NCBI GenBank assembly: GCA_034440375.1 | Contig: JAWXBZ010000184.1 | Span: 1 to 30,073 of the forward strand | DNA length: 30,073 nucleotides | Reading direction: 5' to 3' | Origin: Candidatus Eiseniibacteriota bacterium | GTDB taxonomy: Bacteria > Eisenbacteria > RBG-16-71-46 > JABDJR01 > JAWXBZ01 | Shown: piece after piece, positions 1-8,075 of the stretch | Numbering within the stretch: the first letter of the stretch is position 1 | How the letters are laid out: the number at the start of each line of letters is the position of its first letter | The notes under the pieces: model-generated | The model's database searches: none | What the model saw: only the letters and a program-made list of their open reading frames with translations | What the model was told of the DNA's origin: nothing | Made by a program: the position numbers and the translations under genes

Positions 1-71
1 ACCGAGCCTCTAATACTTCCCTGGAATCAGGGGCGATCAACTCGTAGCGGAACGGGATGTGTTAGTTATCG

Positions 72-168
72 CTAACACAACTCGCACCGGTGCGAGTTGG
101 CTTGTGGTCAATTCTTGATGCGTGTGTTCGGTTAGACATCCCTAACACAACTCGCACCGGTGCGAGTT
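72..168. repeat. Two identical 27-bp direct repeats (72..98, 142..168), each containing the perfect 20-bp palindrome AACTCGCACCGGTGCGAGTT (REP-like element or operator)
   Basis: CTAACACAACTCGCACCGGTGCGAGTT read directly at both positions, 70 bp apart. Palindromes are at 79..98 and 149..168, and the second touches the stop codon of the adjacent gene. Confidence 0.9.
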
Positions 169-854
169 CACCGCCCATCCCGGCGGGCCGGCTCCAGCAT
201 CGCCAGGTTCTTGAGATTTCGGATCACCCGGCGTGACAGCATCAGAATCATTGCGATGACACCGACGATGCCGCCGATATCGAAGAGGGTCATTTGCGTG
301 TTCAGAAACGTGAAGGGCAGGTCCTTGCTGAAGTAGGCCAGCGTGTTGAGCCCAATCAGCAGCAGGCGCGCTTCCGTGGGGCCCATCACGCCATAGCCGT
401 ACCGGAATTCCTTGAAGACGTGTGTTTCCAGATACACGTTGATCGACATCAGGTAATACCCGATGACGATGGCCAGGCCGACCGAGAGGAGCATGAAGGG
501 AGAAAGGCCAAGGCCAAGCCCCACCGCGAGCGTCGAGTAGGCATCGGTCAGATGATCGAGATAGAACCCGTACTTCGGTCGCTCGATTTTCCGGACCCGG
601 GCCAGCGTGCCATCGAGGCTGTCACCAAACCAGTGGACGACGAGGGCCAGATTGATGGCCCAGAGCCAGGCCGGGTCCCGATTGGAAAGCATGTAGCCGG
701 CCGCGATGAACGTGGCGGCCACGACACCGAGAAACGTCAGCGTGTCGGGAACGATCCAGAGGGGCAGGCGGGCGGCCACGCGAGGCAACGCCCACTGTTC
801 GAAGCGGGTCGTCACAAAGGTCGAGCGGCGTTTGGCTTCGTCGGGTTGGCTCAT
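168..854 (-). CDS. CDP-alcohol phosphatidyltransferase family protein
   Basis: Signature DSLDGTLAR...GFYLDHLTD and several hydrophobic segments. ATG 854 is preferred, but the ORF is open to GTG 926, which overlaps the upstream stop. Confidence 0.9.
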   Translation of the reverse strand: MSQPDEAKRRSTFVTTRFEQWALPRVAARLPLWIVPDTLTFLGVVAATFIAAGYMLSNRDPAWLWAINLALVVHWFGDSLDGTLARVRKIERPKYGFYLDHLTDAYSTLAVGLGLGLSPFMLLSVGLAIVIGYYLMSINVYLETHVFKEFRYGYGVMGPTEARLLLIGLNTLAYFSKDLPFTFLNTQMTLFDIGGIVGVIAMILMLSRRVIRNLKNLAMLEPARRDGR

Positions 855-922
855 GGGAGTGAAGAAGACACCCGGGCCGGCACAAGCGTCAAGGCCGGGC
901 CTGCCCCCGGCCGGCACAACCG

Positions 923-2317
923 TCACCCCCGGGCCGTGTCACCGCCCGACATCCCGGCAAACCCTTCCACAATCCGCGCGGCGTGCTTCACCCCCCGAAT
1001 GTAGTGCTCGAGCACGAAGTGCTCGTTGGGGGCGTGGACCTGGCCGCCGGGGTAACCGATGCCGCACATGGTGATGGGGAGGTCGAGGACATTGGTGAAC
1101 GGCCAGTTGGGTCCACTGCCGCCGACCATCGGGGCGATAATGGGTGGTTTTCCGTATGCGTCGGCCGCCGCCTCGTTGGCCATCCGGATGAATGGATGAT
1201 CGGGGTCCGTCTTCGCCGGGCGACCGCCCCCGAGATACGTGATGGCAACGTCGGAAAACCCTTCGGCATCGAGGTGTCGCCGCAGATTGGCCAGAACCTC
1301 CTCCGGCGATTGATCCGGCACCAGGCGAAAATCGACCTTGGCCTTCGCCGACGCCGGGAGAACCGTCTTCGAGCCCGGTCCCTGGTAGCCCGATTCCAAA
1401 CCGCAGATCGTGCAGGTCGGCTCAAACACCTCGGCGCGCCGAAGCTCGATGCCGCCGGTCATTCCATCCAGAAAGCCCTTGATCTCGAATCTCGAGAGCA
1501 TTTCATCCGAGTTGTCCGGCATCGCCGCCAGCAGTTCCATGTCACGCGGGGAGGCTGGCTTGACCGAATCGTAGTGACCGGGGATGCGAATCCGCCCGTC
1601 CGGACCTTTCAGCGTGTTCAATGCCCAGATCAGCCGCCAGGCCGCGTTCGGAAAGATGGAGCCGGCCATGCCCGAGTGCGCGTCGATGACGGCGGTGCGG
1701 ACCGAGAGCTCCACGTAGCAGATGCCCCGAAGGCCAAGATACTGCTCCGGGCGACCATTCTCATCTTCCCCGCCGAACTCCCACACGCAGGCGTCGGCGG
1801 CGAGAAGCTGCTTGTTGGCCTCGATGAATGCCGGCATCTGCACGCTGCCGACTTCTTCCTCTCCTTCGATGACGAACTTGACCCGGCAGGGAAGGCGGCC
1901 ACCATGAACCTTGCGAACGGCGTCCAGCGCATGAAGTCGGGAGATGAAGTGCCCCTTGTCGTCGCTGATCCCGCGTCCAAAGACCTTGCCGTCTCGCCGG
2001 GACATCGTGAAGGGCTCGGACTCCCACAGGTTCAGCGGCTCGGCCGGCTGGACATCGTAGTGATTGTAAAACAGGAGCGTCCGCTCCGAGTCGCCATCTC
2101 CTTCGGCGTACACCACCGGGTTTCCGGCGGTCGGCATGATCTGGGAACGATACCCACGTTCGGTGAGAAGATCGCGCACCAAAAGCGCACATTCCTCGAT
2201 GCCGCGATTCTGGGCCGCCACGCTGGGGATGGCCACCAGCCGGGCCAGATCGGCCATGTTTCGTTCGAGATCGGCAAGGATGGCGGCATCGATTTCCGGA
2301 AGTGCATCACGATTCAC
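923..2317 (-). CDS. M20/M25/M40 family metallopeptidase (ArgE/DapE-like)
   Basis: YNHYDVQP, GRGISDDKG, EGEEEVGS and HAPNE motifs, with a GAGGAG RBS before GTG 2317. Confidence 0.93.
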   Translation of the reverse strand: MNRDALPEIDAAILADLERNMADLARLVAIPSVAAQNRGIEECALLVRDLLTERGYRSQIMPTAGNPVVYAEGDGDSERTLLFYNHYDVQPAEPLNLWESEPFTMSRRDGKVFGRGISDDKGHFISRLHALDAVRKVHGGRLPCRVKFVIEGEEEVGSVQMPAFIEANKQLLAADACVWEFGGEDENGRPEQYLGLRGICYVELSVRTAVIDAHSGMAGSIFPNAAWRLIWALNTLKGPDGRIRIPGHYDSVKPASPRDMELLAAMPDNSDEMLSRFEIKGFLDGMTGGIELRRAEVFEPTCTICGLESGYQGPGSKTVLPASAKAKVDFRLVPDQSPEEVLANLRRHLDAEGFSDVAITYLGGGRPAKTDPDHPFIRMANEAAADAYGKPPIIAPMVGGSGPNWPFTNVLDLPITMCGIGYPGGQVHAPNEHFVLEHYIRGVKHAARIVEGFAGMSGGDTARG

Positions 2318-2334
2318 GTTGGTGATTCTCCTCT

Positions 2335-4152
2335 TCAGTCGATTTTCTTCTGTTCCTCGGTCAGGCGCTTGAGCAGAGCCTCGGCGGTCCGCCGAAGCTG
2401 GGGATTGCCTGACCCCTCGGGCGCCCGTTTAATCTCCTCGAGCGTTTGATTCAATTCCTCGATGGCTTTCATTCGCTGGTTGTTCGACGCATACAGAACG
2501 GCCCGGTGGTAGCGGATTTCGGCCACGTCCGAGAGGCCGATCTTCGCGGCCAGTGCCAGCGAGCCGTTCAGCGTTGCCTCGGCGTCGTCGTAGCGCTTCA
2601 TGCGTACCTGGACCCAGCCAAGCGTGTCCTGAAATCCCGGATTATCGGGCGAGGCGGCGTTGGCCTTCCGGGCCAGTTCGAGCCCACGCTGCAGATTTTC
2701 GCCGGCGTCGGCGAACGCCATCGCCAGGTTGTTCATGTAGGAGGCATTGTCCGGTTCCTGCGTCACCAGGTGCTCTCCCACCACGATGCCATCGCGATAT
2801 TCACGGCTGGCCATCAGCACGAGGAATGCCACTTCAAACAATTGAGCCTGGTTGATCGAGTCGGCGGGCATGCTGGCGAAGACGCTGTCGGCCCGGATGG
2901 CGGCACGAAAACGGGCCGCGGCGGAATCGGGTTCATCGAGCCTGAGCCAGCCGACACCCACCCGAATCAGGACCGCCGGCGATTTGGGCTTGATGTCGAG
3001 AAAGTCCTCGAAGTGATCCAGCGATTCTTTCCAGCGTCCCTGCTGATCGGCCACCAGGCCGAGGCCCAGGCTGGCCGCCGGGTGCTTCGGATTGGCTGCC
3101 CGGCAGTCTTCGAAGCTCTTGCCGGCCTCATCCCACCGGTGCAGGCGGACGAAATGTTCACCAATCTGGCAGGGGAGATCGGGATCCGTCGACCCGTCCG
3201 CGATGGCCTGCTCGAGATACTTCAGCGCCACCTCGTCATGAACTCCAACCTGGGCCAGCGCCAGTCCGACCATGCGCGCCGCCTCGCCCCGATAGAGGTG
3301 TTGCTCCGCCACGGGCAGGAGATGCTCCAGTGCCGGTTGCCAGTGTCGCAGCTCGAAGAGCAGCGAGCCGATGTAATAGCGGACATCGGGGTCGGTCGGA
3401 TCGGCTTCCTCGATCGGCTGCAAATAGGAAAGCGCCTCGGCGTACTTCTCCTCCTCGAACAACGCGATGCCGTAGTACTTGCGAAAGGCGGTGATGGTCG
3501 AATCGGCGTTCAGACACTGCCGGAACCGGGCGGCGGCCTCGAATGGACGCCCCTCGGCCAGGTCGAGCCGCCCCATGTAAAAAGTGCGCTCCGGCTCGGG
3601 CGCTTCGTCTGCCAGACGCCGTGTCAGCTGGCCAAGACGCTCACGCACCACGGCACTGGTATCCGACAGTTCGAAGGCGATTCGGAGGTAGTTCTCGGCG
3701 AGTCGATCCTGGCGGCTGGATTCCGCCGCTCTTGCAAGTCCAAGGTAGCGCCGCCATTCATCGGGAGCCAACCGTCGAACGCTGGCCAGCGCCCGCGGCT
3801 GGCGCGGGTTCTCCTCCAGAAGGCGCCGGTACAGAGCCAGGGACACCTCCCGCAGCGAATCGGGGTCGGCACCTTCGATTTTTCCCCAGGCCTGCCACGT
3901 TTCCGCGAGGCGTTCGAGCGCCTCCTCGTCATCGGGATCGGCCTTGAGGAGAGCTTCGAGGTGCGAGACCGCGGTCGGAAAGTCGCGCTGCCGCAGCGCA
4001 ATGTCGGCCTCGAACAGGAGGATGTCGCGACGGGCGCTGGAAGTGGCTTCCGGTTCCGCGGCCGCGGCGGGAATGGCGGGGGTCAAGCCGGCCAGGAACA
4101 GGGCCAACACGATGATTGCGGAGCCAATTGCCCCGGGTCGACGAGGTGACAT
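2335..4152 (-). CDS. Secreted tetratricopeptide repeat protein
   Basis: Signal peptide (IIVLALFLAGLTPAIPAAAA), many TPR-like helical repeats, and the C-terminal NNLAM...DTLGWV pattern typical of TPR proteins. Confidence 0.85.
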   Translation of the reverse strand: MSPRRPGAIGSAIIVLALFLAGLTPAIPAAAAEPEATSSARRDILLFEADIALRQRDFPTAVSHLEALLKADPDDEEALERLAETWQAWGKIEGADPDSLREVSLALYRRLLEENPRQPRALASVRRLAPDEWRRYLGLARAAESSRQDRLAENYLRIAFELSDTSAVVRERLGQLTRRLADEAPEPERTFYMGRLDLAEGRPFEAAARFRQCLNADSTITAFRKYYGIALFEEEKYAEALSYLQPIEEADPTDPDVRYYIGSLLFELRHWQPALEHLLPVAEQHLYRGEAARMVGLALAQVGVHDEVALKYLEQAIADGSTDPDLPCQIGEHFVRLHRWDEAGKSFEDCRAANPKHPAASLGLGLVADQQGRWKESLDHFEDFLDIKPKSPAVLIRVGVGWLRLDEPDSAAARFRAAIRADSVFASMPADSINQAQLFEVAFLVLMASREYRDGIVVGEHLVTQEPDNASYMNNLAMAFADAGENLQRGLELARKANAASPDNPGFQDTLGWVQVRMKRYDDAEATLNGSLALAAKIGLSDVAEIRYHRAVLYASNNQRMKAIEELNQTLEEIKRAPEGSGNPQLRRTAEALLKRLTEEQKKID

Positions 4153-4158
4153 CACGGA

Positions 4159-4167
4159 ATGGTATCA
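4159..4167 (-). promoter_or_regulatory. Extended -10 element TGATACCAT 6 nt before ATG 4152 (probable leaderless start)
   Basis: Minus strand reads TG-A-TACCAT-tccgtg-ATG, with no SD sequence. Confidence 0.5.
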
Positions 4168-4183
4168 GACACCGCCGCCAACG

Positions 4184-4768
4184 CTACGGCGCCGCGGCCT
4201 CGAGAATCATGTTCTTCAGCGTGGCGAAATTGGCCGGATTGGCCAGATCGTGGCTGGTGAGGTTGTACACGTCGACGATCCGGTTTTCCTCGTCCAGGAT
4301 GACGACATCGCGATAGGTGATTTCCCATGACTCCCAGGCCATCCACTCCGTCGTATCCTGAAGCCATGGAATCATCCGCCTGATCACGATGGTATCGTTC
4401 CCCGAGCCGTCATCAACGCTGGTGAGGCCCAGGATGGAGGCTGGCCGCTCGGTCGCATCGATTGCGTCAAGAAGCGTGTCGATCTCGGCCTGCATCCGGT
4501 TCAGGTAGCCAAACTGGCTACGACAGTAACCTCAGGTGGAGGAGCCGAAGTACCAGGCGGAGATCCTTTCCCGGTAATCGCGCGGCGACACCTCCGTATT
4601 GAAGGTGGCCGAGTTCGGATTCACGTCGGTGAGCGCAAAGTCGGGGACGATTCCCGGGGCCGGTCCGCCGTCATCGTCGCTTCCGCAGGCCCCGAGGGCC
4701 AGGGCGAAGGCGAGGGACAGCACCAAGAACGATACGCCGGGCGAGAGGCTTGAAAACCGCGTCATCAT
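4184..4768 (-). CDS. Predicted selenocysteine-containing redoxin (AhpC/TSA/TlpA-like thioredoxin fold) lipoprotein, 194 aa, with Sec79 encoded by in-frame TGA at 4534..4532
   Basis: ORFs 4532..4813 and 4184..4495 share a frame and are separated by one TGA. Read-through gives WYFGSST-U-GYC-RSQFGYLNRMQAE, a UxxC motif preceded by PDFALTD...VSPRDY. Lipobox LGAC (Cys28) and a downstream SECIS-like hairpin are present. Confidence 0.85.
4498..4531 (-). promoter_or_regulatory. Putative bacterial SECIS element
   Basis: mRNA after the UGA is GGUU-ACUGUC-GUAGCCA-GUU-UGGCUAC-CUG-AACC. This gives a perfect 7-bp upper stem, an apical loop beginning GU after a 17-nt spacer from UGA, and a GGUU/AACC lower stem. 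Confidence 0.7.
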
Positions 4769-4775
4769 GCTGAAA

Positions 4776-4806
4776 AGAATACCCCAGACCCCATGGGGAA
4801 CGTCAA
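4776..4806 (-). promoter_or_regulatory. Putative sigma70-type promoter for the selenoprotein gene: TTGACG-19 bp-TATTCT, 7 nt before ATG 4768
   Basis: Minus strand reads TTGACG TTCCCCATGGGGTCTGGGG TATTCT TTTCAGC ATG. Confidence 0.45.
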
Positions 4807-4875
4807 TGTCCATGCCCGCAGCGGGTCTCGATCCCGGTATCGGTGACGGGATTGTCGGTCCTTCTGAATCCCGCG

Positions 4876-6675
4876 CTACCGAAGCTGAATCAACGCTCCC
4901 GCCCCGGGCGGCACGTCCTTCAGAAAGAGCTCGCCGCTTCGCAGGGCATGGCGCGAACCGCTCAACAGGTCGATGGCGTCACGCTGGCGAATCTGGCCGA
5001 GGCTTCCGGGCATCGGAATGCGGGCGCTGAGCGGCTGATCACCGCGGTTGATGACGACGAGGAACATCTCGTCCGAGGTGCGTCGGAGAACGGCCCACGC
5101 CGATTTCAGCTGGAGGACGGTATCGAAACTGCCGCGGCGCAGTGACGCGTGTTCGCGCCGAATCTGGATCATCTCGCGCAGACGGCGGCGTTCGTTGGCT
5201 TCGAGTGGCACGAGGGCGTCGATGACCGGCACCCCTTCCGATGTCATCTGGAGCAGGAGGGCCAACCGTCGGCCGGGGTCATCGGTCCGATCGGTTGACG
5301 TGAGAGAATTCCAGGCGGTCCGCGTGAATGGCTCCGGCGTGTCGATCCGGACCCGGTCGAGTGATCGCGCCAGGTGCACCGCATCGTCGTCTTCGCCCGT
5401 GGTGAAGAGGCTGACCGCCCGACCGAACGCGGCGGTGTCGAGCGCGTCGACCAGTTCGCCGGTGATCCAGCGGACCGGTGCCTCCGCGCTGACGCCGATG
5501 ATCCACGCGGTCGGATCGAGTGCCTTCATCGTGGCGGCCATCGATAACCAGAATTCCCGGGGCTGATCGTCAAGATCGGGGAGATACCAGCCGTCCATCC
5601 GCGTCTGTGACCATAGATGGACCGGAGCCAGCATTTCCTCGACGACTTCGGGGTTCGAGCCGTTCCACGGCACGCTGCCCGTCGTGTCCGTCGTGGCAAC
5701 AGGTTGGCCGTCCGCGGTCTCAGGCAGCATGAAAAAAGATCGAAAGGCCGATTCCTCCTTCCACTCAACAGCATCCCTTACCCACGGGTGGGCGCGGCTG
5801 ATTCGCGCCAGCGGGAGCGTGCCGATGACCTTCATTTTTCGAGCATGCGCCCGTTCCACCAGCCGGCGGAACTGTGCCAGGTCGCCGAAGCGGGGATCGA
5901 CCGTCATGAGGTCGAGCACCGCCGCCGGGTCATCCGCCGCGGTGCGCACCAGTGACGACAGGATGAGCGTGGTCACTCCCAGGCTGTCGAGGGACGGGAG
6001 CCCATTGATGAGGCCGGCCAGGTCACCGCCCGGAGCGCCGTTTGCCGGGTCGTTGGACGGATCGCCGTTGGCGAAACGACTCACGTCGATGCGCATCGCC
6101 ACCGCATCACAAACCCAGCCCGGCACCAGGATGACCCGGTCCGAGATGGTCTTCGTCTTTTCCTCACGCCGAAACAGTTCCTCGAATCGGCCGACGCGGC
6201 TCTCGCGTGTCGTGGTCGAGTCGCGACCGCACCAGATGAGGCGGTCCCTGTCGTCCAGCCAGATACGATAGCCACGCCATCGGCTGAATTCGGGACCGAC
6301 ACGGGGATCGTCCGGAAGCGGGATGGTGAGCGCGCGAAACTCGATCGAGTCGAGGCGGGCCCATCGCGTGGCGTCGTGATCGCGGAAGCCTTCGAACCCC
6401 TGGTCGTCGAGCCGGTAGATGCGCACGCCGGCCTTGTCGATGGCGTCCCCCGCGCCAACCGCGAAGCGGAGGGACAGGAAACGAATCGCCGGGCTCTCGG
6501 CGGTGGCCCAGACCACCTGGTCCGGACCGTTGGGGTCATGGCGGAAGGAGCCGGGCGTCAGAACACCGTCACGCCCCAGCGCGGGCGTGCCAACGAAAAG
6601 CCACGACGTCAGGCTGATCCGGATGACGAGCATGGGGAAGACACGGCGCGTGGCCGGCCCCCATTGACGTGTCAT
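4876..6675 (-). CDS. Alpha-amylase family (GH13, neopullulanase/cyclomaltodextrinase-like) protein, apparently catalytically degenerate, with N-terminal signal-like segment
   Basis: RFANGDPSND, GGDLAGL...LDSLGVTTL, VDPRFGDLAQFRRLVERAHARKMKV and RREHASLRRG are GH13 hallmarks. ATG 6675 lies 4 nt after the rhodanese stop, and the track's longer start (7011) overlaps the rhodanese gene. Confidence 0.8.
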   Translation of the reverse strand: MTRQWGPATRRVFPMLVIRISLTSWLFVGTPALGRDGVLTPGSFRHDPNGPDQVVWATAESPAIRFLSLRFAVGAGDAIDKAGVRIYRLDDQGFEGFRDHDATRWARLDSIEFRALTIPLPDDPRVGPEFSRWRGYRIWLDDRDRLIWCGRDSTTTRESRVGRFEELFRREEKTKTISDRVILVPGWVCDAVAMRIDVSRFANGDPSNDPANGAPGGDLAGLINGLPSLDSLGVTTLILSSLVRTAADDPAAVLDLMTVDPRFGDLAQFRRLVERAHARKMKVIGTLPLARISRAHPWVRDAVEWKEESAFRSFFMLPETADGQPVATTDTTGSVPWNGSNPEVVEEMLAPVHLWSQTRMDGWYLPDLDDQPREFWLSMAATMKALDPTAWIIGVSAEAPVRWITGELVDALDTAAFGRAVSLFTTGEDDDAVHLARSLDRVRIDTPEPFTRTAWNSLTSTDRTDDPGRRLALLLQMTSEGVPVIDALVPLEANERRRLREMIQIRREHASLRRGSFDTVLQLKSAWAVLRRTSDEMFLVVINRGDQPLSARIPMPGSLGQIRQRDAIDLLSGSRHALRSGELFLKDVPPGAGALIQLR

Positions 6676-6679
6676 GCCA

Positions 6680-7048
6680 TCAAGCCTCCGAGGGGAGGTC
6701 GTTTTCCTTCCAGACCCGCCAGCCGCCGGCCATGGACAGGACGTTCTGGTAGCCCATCTTCTGGAGATTGTCCGCGGCGAGGGCCGATCGAAAGCCACCG
6801 CCACAATAGAGAATGATCTCGGTTCCGTGATCGGGGATTTTCTTCTCGATATCGCGTTCGATGACCCCCTTGCCGAGGTGGATGGCTCCCCGGATGTGTC
6901 CGCCCTCCCACTCGCTCTCCTCGCGGACATCAACCACACGGAACGGCGTCCCGGCGGCGTATCGAGCCATGACCTCATCCACCGTACACTCCCGAACGCG
7001 CGACTTGGCATCCTCCACCAGTTTGAGAAATCCGGCGTGATGTTGCAT
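6680..7048 (-). CDS. Single-domain rhodanese / sulfurtransferase
   Basis: DVREESEW..GHIRGAIH, active-site loop YCGGGFRS, and MAGGWRVW. Start is MQHHAGF at ATG 7048. Confidence 0.93.
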   Translation of the reverse strand: MQHHAGFLKLVEDAKSRVRECTVDEVMARYAAGTPFRVVDVREESEWEGGHIRGAIHLGKGVIERDIEKKIPDHGTEIILYCGGGFRSALAADNLQKMGYQNVLSMAGGWRVWKENDLPSEA

Positions 7049-7165
7049 TTTTCCCCCCAGTAGGCCGCTTGGCCGTGTCACCATGGCGCGGGCATTCCTG
7101 CAACCGTAGTGGATCGACCGACATCGAATCAAGCGGCTCCGAGAGCCGCCGCCCAGGGGGGGCAT

Positions 7166-7915
7166 ATGAGAGAGTCAAAGGAGACGCGCGATGCACGTTC
7201 ACTCCGCGAGATGTTCGAAATGATCGGCGACCGGTTTCTGGACCTGCCGTTCACCCAGGGCACCGCCCAGGAGGTCGAGTTCCTGGTGGACATGCTGGAA
7301 TTGAACCCGCGCCACCGGATTCTGGACCTGGCGTGTGGGCCCGGTCGTCACTCGGTCGGGCTCGGAAAGCTGGGCATGCAAGTGACCGGCGTCGACCTGT
7401 CGGACCGACTGCTGGCGCTGGCGAAGCAGACCGCCGAACTGGAAGGGGTCACGACCGTCGAGTTCGTGAAGGGGGACGCCCGCGAGATTCCGTACAACGA
7501 GGAATTCGACGCGGCCATCTGCCTCTGCCAGGGGGCCTTCGGCCTCCTGGAGAGCGATATCGAAAACGAGCGGGTCCTGAATGCCATCTTCCGAGCGCTG
7601 AAGCCCGGTGGAAAGATGGCGTTGACCTGCCTTTCCCTCTACAACCTGCTCAAGAAGGGGGGCGACCTCTCCGAATTCGACCCCCAGACGAACATGTACG
7701 AGCGGGAGGAGATGATCCAGGTGGAGGGGGGCGCCGAGGAACTGTTCCGCTTCCACGAGCGCTACTACGACTTTCCAGGCATCAAGCTCCTGCTCGAGCG
7801 AACCGGCTTTCGACACATCCTCGGCTTTGGCTGCCGTGCCGGCGAGTATTCGCGCCGCGCGATCACGCTGGATGACATCGAAATCCTCGTCTATGCGGAG
7901 AAGCCCGCCCGCTGA
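7166..7915 (+). CDS. Class I SAM-dependent methyltransferase
   Basis: ILDLACGPGRH motif I, VTGVDLS, GDAREIP, FDAAI, and LKPGGK. Confidence 0.92.
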   Translation: MRESKETRDARSLREMFEMIGDRFLDLPFTQGTAQEVEFLVDMLELNPRHRILDLACGPGRHSVGLGKLGMQVTGVDLSDRLLALAKQTAELEGVTTVEFVKGDAREIPYNEEFDAAICLCQGAFGLLESDIENERVLNAIFRALKPGGKMALTCLSLYNLLKKGGDLSEFDPQTNMYEREEMIQVEGGAEELFRFHERYYDFPGIKLLLERTGFRHILGFGCRAGEYSRRAITLDDIEILVYAEKPAR

Positions 7916-7967
7916 CGGCAACGCCCGGGCGGCGTCCGTGCGGCGCCATCCGACACTGGAAATGACA

Positions 7968-8005
7968 AAGCCGGAGGCGCCTCGCGGAGCCCCCGGCTTC
8001 GTTTT
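7968..8005. terminator. Probable intrinsic (possibly bidirectional) terminator between convergent genes
   Basis: AAGCCGGAGGCGCC-TCGC-GGAGCCCCCGGCTT (14-bp arms, 2 mismatches) followed by CGTTTT. Confidence 0.6.
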
Positions 8006-8075
8006 CCCCCAGCGTTGATACGGAAGACGCCGGCTCGAATGTCACGGCGCCTTGCAGCGCCGATCGTCCGCAGTA

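Noticed and set aside
70-137. Integron attC site (CTAAC...GTTAG ends)
   Set aside because: The inner L boxes do not pair at the canonical spacing, one end deviates from consensus, and there is no integrase or cassette array in view.
72-168. CRISPR array
   Set aside because: There are only two repeats, no third copy at the expected position near 2..28, a loopless perfect palindrome, and no cas genes in the window.
294-4149. Long antisense ORFs (294..1004, 983..2449, 2446..4149; likewise 12396..13604, 13858..15042, 22974..24278)
   Set aside because: These are shadow ORFs opposite well-supported genes, expected in high-GC DNA, and they have no recognisable motifs.
4184-4813. Two separate small genes or a nonsense pseudogene, as implied by the ORF track
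   Set aside because: The stop is TGA at the catalytic position of a UxxC motif with a SECIS-like hairpin behind it, and the downstream ORF has no RBS. Recoding explains this better.
6676-7011. N-terminal extension of the GH13 ORF to 7011
   Set aside because: It overlaps the clear rhodanese gene in another frame and translates to low-complexity Arg/Ser/Pro-rich sequence.
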